Virus record (IMG/VR): IMGVR_UViG_3300030329_006476
Span: 39,800 to 103,799 of that record
Source of the DNA: a virus
Strand: one strand, 5' to 3'
DNA length: 64,000 nucleotides
In this document: in pieces, positions 19,239-28,405 of the stretch
Layout of the letters: every line of letters starts with the position of its first letter
How positions within the stretch are numbered: the stretch's first letter is position 1
Made by a program: the position numbers and the translations under genes
Notes under the pieces: model-generated
Database searches by the model: none
What the model was told of the DNA's origin: nothing
Seen by the model: only the letters and a program-made list of their open reading frames with translations

Positions 19239-19735
19239 GGACATTTATAATTTTTAACTTCTTTGTACAACAGGCGCGAGGAGCGACGATGAGATTTAAT
19301 CAAGTCCTTCGTGCTGTTGCCCAAGTCATCAATAAGCGCGGGATCAGATATTTCATGGTGAGCAGGGATGTCGTAAGGATATTCGGTATAAAATGCCTTA
19401 ATGTCCTTTATGGTATGAAGATGTTTTAAGTATAAAGCCTCTAAGTCTTTGGAGACCCTCTTTATTTGCGAAAGAAGAGTATTTCGATCTATGGGAACTT
19501 CCTCCGCATCGTATCCTTCTAGAAGAGATTGGACTTCATTTACTAACTCCGTAGGAAGCGTAGCTTCAAATGCAGGATCAGACTCCATCTGACGCATGGC
19601 TTCGATCACGGGTTGATAAAAAAACATCCGCGCCCTTTCGGCTAGGAAGGAGAACTCCTCTTCAAGCACGTTTATTTGCTGAAGATAAAAATTGTGGCTC
19701 TCCCACAAAGTATTAATTTTTTCCGAATGATCCAT
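19235..19735 (-). CDS. hypothetical protein
   Basis: 166-aa helical ORF. Confidence 0.6.
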   Translation of the reverse strand: MDHSEKINTLWESHNFYLQQINVLEEEFSFLAERARMFFYQPVIEAMRQMESDPAFEATLPTELVNEVQSLLEGYDAEEVPIDRNTLLSQIKRVSKDLEALYLKHLHTIKDIKAFYTEYPYDIPAHHEISDPALIDDLGNSTKDLIKSHRRSSRLLYKEVKNYKCP

Positions 19736-19744
19736 CCTCTTATA

Positions 19745-19915
19745 TTAGATGAATTTGTGGAGGATTTCTAGCTGTGAGGTTCCTAGATATTTGCAAAAAT
19801 AAGCACAGAATTCAGTGGTCTCACGCGCATTCCATTGCCTGACGGCATCGCCCACCTCAGTATATTTACCGTCTTGCCATAGCTCGGTCAAATTCAAAAA
19901 AGAAACATTGTTCAT
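19745..19915 (-). CDS. small hypothetical protein (56 aa)
   Basis: Hand-read: MNNVSFLNLTELWQDGKY...FCAYFCKYLGTSQLEILHKFI. Confidence 0.55.
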   Translation of the reverse strand: MNNVSFLNLTELWQDGKYTEVGDAVRQWNARETTEFCAYFCKYLGTSQLEILHKFI

Positions 19916-19976
19916 ATAGTATATTGGTTAGTATTGGTTAGTAATGAGGGCAATCATGCATATTTATTTAGTCCTG

Positions 19977-20165
19977 TCAAGAGTTTTTTTCAAAAAGGTA
20001 ATCCAGAATATTCTGAACCACGGCTCCATCCTTGGTCATGATAGCCTCTCCATGCGAAAGAACGATCTTCCACATTGAATAATTTTTGCGCTCTTTTAAA
20101 TAGATTATGTGCGCGCCATTAATATAAAAGATTTCACCATTGTTGTCTGTTACTTTAAATGTCAT
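19977..20165 (-). CDS. hypothetical protein
   Basis: ORF directly after the sigma factor. Confidence 0.55.
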   Translation of the reverse strand: MTFKVTDNNGEIFYINGAHIIYLKERKNYSMWKIVLSHGEAIMTKDGAVVQNILDYLFEKNS

Positions 20166-20673
20166 TTGAGTTGGGGGTTATAAGTTTTCGTATTTTAGCA
20201 ATGAGGCGAGACTTATAGACGCTGACTGAAGGGGTGGGGAGGGACATCGCTTCTGCAATTTCCCTCACCGTGTGACCGTCAACCAACAAATTAAATACCA
20301 TTTTTTCTTGAGCGCCTAAGTTTCGGTCGAGGGCTTTGAGGAAGTTTACCCTTTCGGTCTTGATGATCTCTGCAAAAGGGACATCGGCGAGCCAGTCAGG
20401 ATTAAGGGGCAAGTCGGCATCAATAGGAATGGTGGAGGCATGGGAGAGGCTGTCTCGCGATCTTCGGGTTAAATAGGCTTTTATTTGAAAGCGCGCGATC
20501 CCCAAAGCCCAACTCGAAAAGGGTCGAGAGGGGTCATAAAGAGACTCTTTGTTGATAAGGACTTCATTAGACAATTGAATAACATCTTGGGCATCCGCCT
20601 CATTAAAAATGCGGCGCTTGATATACTTTTCGAGTTGGGGTTGGACTTCTTCAATGGAGGACTGATAACACAT
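20155..20673 (-). CDS. ECF-type RNA polymerase sigma factor
   Basis: Region 2 DAQDVIQ...YDPSRPFSSWALGIARFQI; region 4 LGAQEKMVFNL...GHTVREIAEAMSLPTPSVSVYKSR. Confidence 0.9.
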   Translation of the reverse strand: MCYQSSIEEVQPQLEKYIKRRIFNEADAQDVIQLSNEVLINKESLYDPSRPFSSWALGIARFQIKAYLTRRSRDSLSHASTIPIDADLPLNPDWLADVPFAEIIKTERVNFLKALDRNLGAQEKMVFNLLVDGHTVREIAEAMSLPTPSVSVYKSRLIAKIRKLITPNSNDI

Positions 20674-21230
20674 TAAAAGGGAACCGCATTATTTACAACG
20701 GCGGTTTGCTTTTTCGGTTTGGCTTTCGCCTTCTTGGTGGTTTTAGTCTTCTTTTTGGTTTTTTGAGGGAGATGCCATTTATATTGCTCTAGCACGAGGC
20801 TATTGGTGCCGTAGAGGTCGTCTACAGCTAAATGAAGGGTCTCCAAAGCATAGCGAGAAAGAGTAAGGGTTCCCCAATGTTGACCCGCATCAAGACGATT
20901 GTACACCCTTAGCAGAAGCTCTTTGGCCTCATCGGCGCTCGATGGGGAGGCGAGTTCCAATAAGTCCTTCCAGTAGCGATAAGTACCTCTCTGGCGATAG
21001 CGCTTCTTTATTTCGGCCTCTCTCTTCGCTTTGGTTCTCTCCTTGGGAGGTGAGAAATCCAATTCAGTCTGTATTTGCTCTATAATGGAAGACGGAAGAC
21101 GGAAAGAGGAGTCTTCCATTTTTTGCGCATGAAGATAAACGAGATTAAGTAAGTTTTGTTGGCGACGCAAAGCCTTCTCTTTTGAAATACCGCCATTGGC
21201 TTGGCGCGCACGCTGCATGGTCATAGTCAT
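20673..21230 (-). CDS. hypothetical basic protein
   Basis: Below promoter TTGACA-17-TAAGAT (21271-21299); Lys-rich tail; coupled to the sigma gene. Confidence 0.65.
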   Translation of the reverse strand: MTMTMQRARQANGGISKEKALRRQQNLLNLVYLHAQKMEDSSFRLPSSIIEQIQTELDFSPPKERTKAKREAEIKKRYRQRGTYRYWKDLLELASPSSADEAKELLLRVYNRLDAGQHWGTLTLSRYALETLHLAVDDLYGTNSLVLEQYKWHLPQKTKKKTKTTKKAKAKPKKQTAVVNNAVPF

Positions 21231-21304
21231 AGTATAAGATCCTTTGAGATTAATTTATTTAAAGAAGGCTATCTTAGCATGCCTTCGAGGCATTGTCAAG
21301 GATA

Positions 21305-21562
21305 TTATTTGCGCGAATTTATTTGCAAAGAAAGATGGTAGCCATCGGACTCTTTCTTTATCGTAGCATCAATTTCGGTATGTCCCCGCGTATAAATTAA
21401 ATGAGAAATAATCTGGGAAAGGCGCACGGGACTTAACCCGCCATGCACGCTTCCCTCTTTATAGGGGTCATCAGAAATAAGAGATTGTATGACAGACTTA
21501 AGCTGTTTCATGGAAAAAGGCAAATCATCTTCAGGTAGTTGACCTTTATTGAACGCAATCAT
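21305..21562 (-). CDS. hypothetical protein
   Basis: ORF in the co-oriented gene run. Confidence 0.55.
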   Translation of the reverse strand: MIAFNKGQLPEDDLPFSMKQLKSVIQSLISDDPYKEGSVHGGLSPVRLSQIISHLIYTRGHTEIDATIKKESDGYHLSLQINSRK

Positions 21563-21585
21563 TGAATATTTGTGTATATATAAAG

Positions 21586-21759
21586 GTGAAAAAGGCTAAA
21601 ATTACCCATAAAATAACATCCGATTTTGTAATAGATTTATATAAGAAAGCCCGAGAAGAAACAGGAGAGAAAAGAGAAAACCTACTCAAGCAAGCCAAGT
21701 TTTTCAGTAAACATATAGGGAAATATTTGGCTCAAGAGGTTTCGGAATCAAGCACCTGA
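21586..21759 (+). CDS. small hypothetical protein (rare plus-strand gene)
   Basis: GTG 9 nt after a TGTGTA motif; fills a gap between minus-strand genes. Confidence 0.5.
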   Translation: MKKAKITHKITSDFVIDLYKKAREETGEKRENLLKQAKFFSKHIGKYLAQEVSESST

Positions 21760-22046
21760 CTTTCGTCCTCCCACTCGTTCGAATAAGGATTTTTCTTCTC
21801 TACGGACAACAATTTCAAGTCTGAGTTTTTAGCCTTAATGCTTTCAAGCTGAAAAGCCAGCGCTTCTTCAGGGGTAAAACAGTTATAATAATGGTAAAAA
21901 GTGCTAATATCATCGGGATATTGGCACTTAATCCTAAAATCAAAACTTCTCTCAATCTTTTTCTTCTTCACCAGTCTTGGATAATGGGGGGAAGGGGGTG
22001 GAAATAGGGGAGGCTTCTTCAGAAGGAGGGGGAGGGTCACTATCAA
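21732..22046 (-). CDS. hypothetical protein
   Basis: C-terminal EKKNPYSNEWE; true start probably downstream of the ORF-track start. Confidence 0.5.
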   Translation of the reverse strand: MIVTLPLLLKKPPLFPPPSPHYPRLVKKKKIERSFDFRIKCQYPDDISTFYHYYNCFTPEEALAFQLESIKAKNSDLKLLSVEKKNPYSNEWEDESQVLDSETS

Positions 22047-22422
22047 GGGCGTTTTCCTTTAGCATAGCGGAAATGTCCTCCCCCAACTGTTCGAGCAGCT
22101 TAATGTACTGAGAATCCACAAATAAATGATTTTGTGCAATTGCCGCATGATAACCATCGGAATAATTGTACAGGGTATCCCCGTCTGCAAGAACGCTGGA
22201 AGCTTGCGTGCGCCCAGCCTCAAATCCCACTTGATAAGAGGCATCCTTTGTTGCCAACAACTGCTGGCCGAAATCGGCTATTTGGGCATCCTGAATATTG
22301 GATTCGAGCTGATAGGTCTCCAGTAATATCTGAAGCGATTCGCGCTTACTTGACTGGGCTTGAATAATAAATCCGCATAAAATAACGGCAGCAATCCACA
22401 GATATCTTTCATGTACTTTCAT
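21952..22422 (-). CDS. membrane-anchored hypothetical protein
   Basis: N-terminal TM segment; YxxGFxxG / YSDGYHAA motifs. Confidence 0.6.
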   Translation of the reverse strand: MKVHERYLWIAAVILCGFIIQAQSSKRESLQILLETYQLESNIQDAQIADFGQQLLATKDASYQVGFEAGRTQASSVLADGDTLYNYSDGYHAAIAQNHLFVDSQYIKLLEQLGEDISAMLKENALDSDPPPPSEEASPISTPFPPLSKTGEEEKD

Positions 22423-22609
22423 ATATATATTAGTATTGAGGGTTCCAGTAAATGTTTTTAAAAAGAACTAGGCGAACCTGAGGGCCTTCATCTACATCCA
22501 GCCCGATAGGCTCGCCCTCGGGAACAGCTTCCTCGCTGTCTTCATAAAAAAACTCTTCTACATCAGAAGCAAAAACTAGGTCTATCGTATTCATATTCAT
22601 TATAAAGGA

Positions 22610-22867
22610 TTATTTAAACATCATAAGTTGGTTTGGGTCATATTCTTCTTCTACATCATTACTTTCTGCAACTCCGCTCGTCTTGGGTATTGGGCGCTTA
22701 GTGCGTAGCCAATTTCGCTGAGCAATCCGAACTACAAACCGCATAAATGCAAACGAGTATATTTTATTAAGGGTCACGCTGGAACCATCTTCTTCAGTGA
22801 TGGTAAAAGCTTTACCCTCCTCATCGTACGAAAACGTGGCGTATTTTAGTTCCTTAGTTATTTTCAT
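22610..22867 (-). CDS. hypothetical protein
   Basis: ATGA-coupled to the helicase gene. Confidence 0.6.
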   Translation of the reverse strand: MKITKELKYATFSYDEEGKAFTITEEDGSSVTLNKIYSFAFMRFVVRIAQRNWLRTKRPIPKTSGVAESNDVEEEYDPNQLMMFK

Positions 22868-25149
22868 GATGGATGCTTGTTGAAAATGGTGGAATCCGAT
22901 TTTACCTCCCCGCTGATAGGCTCTGATGGATCATTGGGTAGACGTGGACGAGAAATACACACCTGACAGAGGCGCCCCTCAAAGTGAAGATCCCTTAGAT
23001 CTTGTAGGGTTTTAATCTCTAGATTGCTGTCAGCGAATGGACCGCTCTTCATATTATCTAATATCGTCTGCACATACGCGTCATCAGATATCTTTTGGTT
23101 AAAGCGTTTAGATCCAGACAGAACTGTAGCCGCTCGTTCCTCTAACTCTTCAGGAGCAAAGGGATCGCCTTTTCTGACTTTTTCAATAGTACCCTTTATG
23201 AGCGCCTTAATTTCGAAGGCGGTCTTCGTGCGAAAATAGGAATCGAAGGTATTGCGGGCGCGGATTTCTCCCCCATAAGAGGATTCCTCCATTATCGCCT
23301 TAAAGATATCTCTCTCAGTTCCAAAGGGACTTTCTGCAGAACAATACATCTGCCTTCTGCTCGCCGAATAATGCGGAGCCAAACTCTTGATATGAGGTAG
23401 GTTTCTAAGGAAATCATTGATTCCTGAAACCTGAGCATAGTTCTGAATATGCGAACCATCGTTGTCATAACGGGTAGGGCAAACAGGAAGGGCAAGCCAG
23501 TGAAATTCTTGAATTGAATTTTTAGGCTTCTTTTTTATTGCTACAACACCAGTCGCAAGATGGTGAACATGAGATTGGTCAGGATCGTCCGTCTCAAGGA
23601 GATTCAACAACTCATCACCATTACCTATAGACTGCGGATCCATACACAACTTCTCAAAACACTCTAAAGCATAGGCATTACACGTGATGACTATATTCCA
23701 GTTCTTCCGATTGTGCATGCAGAGCCTTCCGGGCAAACCTTGCACCACTGCAGCCACATTCTTATAGGCATCTGTAACCCCTACAACCCTTTCTTTAGTG
23801 CTGGCCCCAAAATTTTTGCCAGCTTTAAAGGAGTCTACCACGAGGATAAGAGTGCGACAGAAAGGGTTTCCCAACGCATGGAGCACCTTGTCCCTAATAT
23901 CTTTGGAAGCAGCAAACAAAAACTCGTCATCTATTTCCTCGAAACCTGTCTTTCCATCGCAAGCAGTAATGACACGAAGCAACCCGTCCTCAATTTCTTG
24001 ACGATATTCTCGTTGGATCACCTTATTGAGATATACGGCCACTTTTTTACCGCTCTTACTTACATTTCTATTAGCCTTCCTCACGGCCATGAAAGAAACA
24101 CCACTGGGAGGAGAGCTTAGAAGATGCTCTACATGACGCCTTACCAAGGGGGTGGACGACCACTGCTTAGAGAACCCCTTTTCTCCTTCAAGTACGCATT
24201 GGCCTCTATGAGCAGGATTCTTCTCGAGAAAGCTAATAGAGGTCTGGTGATCTATCTCGCACTTCAGGCGTAAGTCGCTTATCCCGTTATAGGAACCGCC
24301 ACCCTCTTCATGGACAGAGACCATATTGCCAAAAGCTCCCTTATTTTCATCTAAGGTTGCAAGAATAGCCTGAACAGGGGTAGCCGACACGAAAACAAAA
24401 GATGGCTTATCTAGATCTCTACGCGCTAGCGAAATAACCTTATCTGCAACCGAATCGGTACGAGTGCCATAATGGCATTCATCAAAAAAGAATCCTTTTA
24501 TGTTGGGGTACTTGGCGAGGAGCGCAGACCAATATTTTTCAAGTTTATAAAGGGAGAGGCAGAGAACGTTATCAATACCATGCCGCTTGAAAGTTTCTCG
24601 ATTATCTTCTAGAAACTCCTTATCCCTCACAAAAGGACAGTAAATAAAAAAATCGGGGGCCATCATCTCAGCCAGAGCAACTAGAGTACCTGTCTTTCCC
24701 CACATCATAGGCGCTTGAAAACCTACAGGCCTTCCCGTGCGCACATTCGTAAATATTTGCTTTGCCCTCCGAACCATTTGGTGACTCAAGAAATGGGGGT
24801 TTGAGGGAGATAGTGTCACCTTCTTTAGTAACCTTTTTCGAGCCTTAGGAGCGACAGCCTCTAGGATAAGCTTGGTTTTACTAAGATCGGCAAGACTAGT
24901 CTCATCTGAAGCGACGGCCTCGTCAGCATCAGATAGCGCTTCTTCTAGATCCACAAGTTTACTCTCTCTCGGGCCCTCCAAATCTACAAACTCATCACTG
25001 GCAAGGTAGTTTCTAAGTTTCTCTAGATGATGGGGGCCCATGGTCTTCACACCGAAGGCCTCCTTGCAAATATTCTCCAACGAAAGATTGGGAAGGGTCT
25101 TATACGCTTCTCTCACCTTGTGTTTTTCAAGTTCCGTAAGTTCGATCAT
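22864..25149 (-). CDS. SF2 (DExH) helicase-like ATPase
   Basis: Motif I APMMWGKT, II FFFDECH, III VSATP, VI QGLPGRLC. Confidence 0.8.
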   Translation of the reverse strand: MIELTELEKHKVREAYKTLPNLSLENICKEAFGVKTMGPHHLEKLRNYLASDEFVDLEGPRESKLVDLEEALSDADEAVASDETSLADLSKTKLILEAVAPKARKRLLKKVTLSPSNPHFLSHQMVRRAKQIFTNVRTGRPVGFQAPMMWGKTGTLVALAEMMAPDFFIYCPFVRDKEFLEDNRETFKRHGIDNVLCLSLYKLEKYWSALLAKYPNIKGFFFDECHYGTRTDSVADKVISLARRDLDKPSFVFVSATPVQAILATLDENKGAFGNMVSVHEEGGGSYNGISDLRLKCEIDHQTSISFLEKNPAHRGQCVLEGEKGFSKQWSSTPLVRRHVEHLLSSPPSGVSFMAVRKANRNVSKSGKKVAVYLNKVIQREYRQEIEDGLLRVITACDGKTGFEEIDDEFLFAASKDIRDKVLHALGNPFCRTLILVVDSFKAGKNFGASTKERVVGVTDAYKNVAAVVQGLPGRLCMHNRKNWNIVITCNAYALECFEKLCMDPQSIGNGDELLNLLETDDPDQSHVHHLATGVVAIKKKPKNSIQEFHWLALPVCPTRYDNDGSHIQNYAQVSGINDFLRNLPHIKSLAPHYSASRRQMYCSAESPFGTERDIFKAIMEESSYGGEIRARNTFDSYFRTKTAFEIKALIKGTIEKVRKGDPFAPEELEERAATVLSGSKRFNQKISDDAYVQTILDNMKSGPFADSNLEIKTLQDLRDLHFEGRLCQVCISRPRLPNDPSEPISGEVKSDSTIFNKHPS

Positions 25150-25159
25150 TCTGTTTTAT

Positions 25160-25188
25160 ACAATACTATAATTTGAATTATTTGTCAA
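25160..25188 (-). promoter_or_regulatory. sigma70-like promoter
   Basis: A-tract + TTGACA-17-TATTGT. Confidence 0.65.
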
Positions 25189-25384
25189 GGTTTTTTTTCT
25201 TTAATGATTGCAGTCTTATATAGTTCTCAGCTTTCTCGAAAGCTTCGGGGTGGTATTTGCGGCACCAGTCCAGAACCCATTGCTTTACATAGATTCTATG
25301 CAAATCCTCTTCAGAAACATCAATAGAATAATGCCAGTGGGAATCGGGGCATTCCTCTCCGTCTTTGTCGCAATTGATCTTCAT
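25178..25384 (-). CDS. hypothetical protein
   Basis: ORF with GGAG upstream. Confidence 0.6.
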   Translation of the reverse strand: MKINCDKDGEECPDSHWHYSIDVSEEDLHRIYVKQWVLDWCRKYHPEAFEKAENYIRLQSLKKKNLDK

Positions 25385-25576
25385 TGCTCACTCCCTACCA
25401 GTTACAGACGATTAATATCAAAAGCATAAAGCTATAAGCACTAAAAAAGAATATCAACAATGCCTTTGTGGGGTCAAACCCTTTTGGGCGAGAGTCAGGA
25501 GCGGGCACAGTTCGTCCCTCCCCCAATTAAAAAACCCCACAATTTAACCCTAGACATCCTCTAACAAAACCAAACT

Positions 25577-25605
25577 ATAATAACCAGAAAGGGGTTATTT
25601 GTCAA
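25577..25605 (-). promoter_or_regulatory. sigma70-like promoter
   Basis: TTGACA-17-TATTAT. Confidence 0.7.
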
Positions 25606-25831
25606 GGTTTTTCTTCTTTTGTTCGCGAACTTGACGAGTCCGTTCGCGCATGTATTCCATAAAGAAAAAATTATAAGCGTCTAAATCTTCGTTTTCGACA
25701 GCCACCTTGATTTCGTGCCTATAAACTTCGGCCCAATTTCGCTTGGATTCGTCAAAGAGAGTGTCAGAGGGATTGGGAGAAGGGGAAATATTGCAGCCCC
25801 CTAATAATAAAATAAACCAAAGGTTGCGCAC
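25595..25831 (-). CDS. putative lipoprotein
   Basis: LLLGGC lipobox; AGTGTA motif 9 nt upstream. Confidence 0.6.
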   Translation of the reverse strand: MRNLWFILLLGGCNISPSPNPSDTLFDESKRNWAEVYRHEIKVAVENEDLDAYNFFFMEYMRERTRQVREQKKKNLDK

Positions 25832-25870
25832 ATAATAAATTACACTTCCTTTTGGGTTTTCCCGATTATC

Positions 25871-26110
25871 CTACCAATCTGCGGGAGGTTTGGAGGGTGA
25901 AAACCATGCAATGCACCGTCGAGTTTTTGCATCTCCCTGCACCTGATTGCACTCATATCCTGCTTGAGAGAGGCGCGCTTGTAAGGCATTAAAATATTCA
26001 GCCTGAAGCGCACACTTTATTTCATAGCCCCCCGTAGGCAACTTGAAAACCGCAATTCTATCAGAGAACTCTTCGCAAATGGCGCGAGGCGACATTATTT
26101 GCAAGCGCAA
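25871..26110 (-). CDS. hypothetical protein
   Basis: ORF in the co-oriented gene run. Confidence 0.45.
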   Translation of the reverse strand: MRLQIMSPRAICEEFSDRIAVFKLPTGGYEIKCALQAEYFNALQARLSQAGYECNQVQGDAKTRRCIAWFSPSKPPADW

Positions 26111-26261
26111 TCTGTGCAGTTTTTGTCACAAGTTTCGCATCGACAAATTTTATCCCCATTGCATTTATGCGTAGGAGGAGTATGGATGCAACCACTAAAG
26201 ACAAAAAACAAACAAACTATAAGTATTTTATTCATTGTAGATAATAATAGCAGAAAAAGGA

Positions 26262-26711
26262 TTAATAGTCAAGAGATTTTTGTGAAACAGGAGGGAGGGA
26301 GTCCCGCTGTGCCTTGATTTGCGCAGAGGTAAAACCATACCATGTAAGTTCCCAGAGGATATGCGCAACGGCAACCAGTGGCGACATAGAGTCTTCAAAG
26401 GTTACGGGAAGATCGATAACTTCCTCCCATAAAACGAGATCAAGTCCATAAATTTTACCACTAGAAGGAGTACGCAAAGAAACGTCAACATAAGACTCGG
26501 GGTCTCGGGCAGAAGATGAAACGGTAGAAACATCCAATTCCCAATCCTTGGAAGAGCGCCCCTCAAGATAAATTAATTCTCCGATTGCCTTACGATAGGA
26601 AACGCATAAATCCACAAGAGAATCATCTGACCTGTCAATATAGTAATGGCGGTGAAGCTCATTAAAAAGAGAGGCGAAGCTAGAGGTTCGGAGGAGGTCG
26701 CGCAAAGTCAT
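26262..26711 (-). CDS. conserved hypothetical protein
   Basis: YGLDLVLWEE...VAHILWELTWYGF motif. Confidence 0.7.
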   Translation of the reverse strand: MTLRDLLRTSSFASLFNELHRHYYIDRSDDSLVDLCVSYRKAIGELIYLEGRSSKDWELDVSTVSSSARDPESYVDVSLRTPSSGKIYGLDLVLWEEVIDLPVTFEDSMSPLVAVAHILWELTWYGFTSAQIKAQRDSLPPVSQKSLDY

Positions 26712-26941
26712 TGAAAAATAATAGGATCAAAAATGGTTGAGGGCGGCGTAACAGGCGAAAACTGATCATTCATTAGTTTTATGTACCGTCGCTGAGCGTC
26801 AATTACCTCTTGTTGTTTTATAATGGCGTCATGCTGCTGCGCACACAAGCTTTTTAACTGGTGAATGTCCTCCGACATGGCCCAAAATGCCCAAATTATA
26901 TAGGCAAAGGCGAAGATGCCGCAGAAATCAATAAGCTTCAC
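26708..26941 (-). CDS. small membrane / coiled-coil protein
   Basis: N-terminal TM segment; AGTGTA motif 9 nt upstream. Confidence 0.55.
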   Translation of the reverse strand: MKLIDFCGIFAFAYIIWAFWAMSEDIHQLKSLCAQQHDAIIKQQEVIDAQRRYIKLMNDQFSPVTPPSTIFDPIIFQ

Positions 26942-26955
26942 TTATATAGTTACAC

Positions 26956-27135
26956 TTATTTCTTGTCGTATTTGGGGAGATAAGTAGATAAGCCGCACAA
27001 CATGGCCATAGCTAGCGAGAAAAAACAATGAAGAGGGAGGCGGGCTTTAAGAAAAAAAATCGCACACCCTAAATTTAAGAGACACATTATCAACACCCCT
27101 CTGCCGGCGGCATTTAAGTAGCGCCACGGCTTCAT
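26956..27135 (-). CDS. small membrane protein
   Basis: two hydrophobic segments from MKPWRY. Confidence 0.45.
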   Translation of the reverse strand: MKPWRYLNAAGRGVLIMCLLNLGCAIFFLKARLPLHCFFSLAMAMLCGLSTYLPKYDKK

Positions 27136-27145
27136 TGAGGGGCGC

Positions 27146-28405
27146 CTACGTACCCTCGGGCTGAGACATGTCAGCGCGAGCCTCCATGACTGCATCCACT
27201 ATCGGGAAAGGGGGATTCTTGGTTTTGGGGCGAAGCCCTATGCGAGACAACCATGCCAGCTTCGCTCGAACCTGAAAAACAGTCATCTCCAAATGCGGAG
27301 CCATATCCACCGCCGAAATGCCTGCTGAAGCCCACTCCAGAATCTGCAGGTCCTTAGCGGAAGGCTTCTTGGGGCGACGACCTAAAGCAGGAAGCCGCGA
27401 AATTAAACCATGCGAAATCAACTTTAAACAATAACCTCTAAGCTCATACAGGGGGATCTGTAGAACCGCAGAAATCCAGCGCATGGTATGCTTTTTTTTC
27501 ACAAGAGCGACTATTTGGTCGAGGTGGGGTATGTTTGGCTTTAGACAGTACTCATCGCCCCGCTTCCATGCATATTTAAGGATCTGATTGGGCGTAAATT
27601 GGCCCTTTTTAAATATTTCGGCCACCTCTCTAAAAGTATATACGCAATAATTGGCGCGAAGAAATTCATGTAGCTCTTGTTGATCCTGAGGGGTCATGCG
27701 AGGAAAAGGGCGCGGGGAATTAAAAAAATTAGAAGCAGCTGTAGACCCAGCATCAACAGAACTGCTAAACGAGTCATCTAGATAAGAAAACTTCACATTG
27801 GAACGCAGCTTTTTAGCTAAGCGCTGAAGCTGAATAGAGACTCCTTGGTGGGTCATATCGAGCTTTTCAGCTATCTCATAGGTATTTTTACCCCCTTCCA
27901 TCAAGCTTAGGATCAAGCGCTCGTTTTCCGTTAACAGCTCGGAATACTCCCGCAAAAACTTAAGAAAGTATTTGGCTCCATTCGGGCGACCCAGCTCTTC
28001 TAAATTAGGATCAATCTCACCAAGCGTTTCTACAACCAAATCAAAGGTACTTTTGGGCCCATCTTCAGTATAGTAAACTGTGTTGTCTCGATGAGCCGCT
28101 TCTTTATTCAGCTTATAATTCGAAGCAGTCCACATGACCCAATTTAAGGCAAAGCGACAAGCCATGCGGCAAAAATTATCCCAAGTAAAATCGTCGGACA
28201 GCTTAACTAAAATCTTTTCGCGGTCAGATATGAGGCGAAAATTAACCTCCCCTAAAATTTCGTCTAGGGTAAGGGGGTGAGTGTTCCGCCGTCGAGCCGC
28301 TATTATATTTCTCAAATCGCCTTGGTAGCGTTCAAGATAGGCGTCGAAAGTAGCAGATTGGTCAGTTGTAGGTGGGATATTCTTCATGCCAATTAATTTT
28401 TTCAT
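27146..28405 (-). CDS. sigma70-family factor with extra C-terminal HTH domains
   Basis: Region-2-like FDAYLERYQGDLRNII...DEILGEVNFRL...NFCRMACRFALN; region 4 LTENERLILSLMEGGKNTYEIAEKLDMTHQGVS; three further HTH-like segments; paralogous to 30982-31608. Confidence 0.75.
   Translation of the reverse strand: MKKLIGMKNIPPTTDQSATFDAYLERYQGDLRNIIAARRRNTHPLTLDEILGEVNFRLISDREKILVKLSDDFTWDNFCRMACRFALNWVMWTASNYKLNKEAAHRDNTVYYTEDGPKSTFDLVVETLGEIDPNLEELGRPNGAKYFLKFLREYSELLTENERLILSLMEGGKNTYEIAEKLDMTHQGVSIQLQRLAKKLRSNVKFSYLDDSFSSSVDAGSTAASNFFNSPRPFPRMTPQDQQELHEFLRANYCVYTFREVAEIFKKGQFTPNQILKYAWKRGDEYCLKPNIPHLDQIVALVKKKHTMRWISAVLQIPLYELRGYCLKLISHGLISRLPALGRRPKKPSAKDLQILEWASAGISAVDMAPHLEMTVFQVRAKLAWLSRIGLRPKTKNPPFPIVDAVMEARADMSQPEGT

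Noticed and set aside
19922-19941. 10-bp tandem repeat TATTGGTTAG x2
   Set aside because: Only two copies in an A/C-rich leader; no further support for function.
25178-25620. Two neighbouring proteins both ending KKKNLDK (shared targeting signal)
   Set aside because: Explained by the overlapping promoter sequence AAAACCTTGACAAATAA (A-tract plus -35 box).
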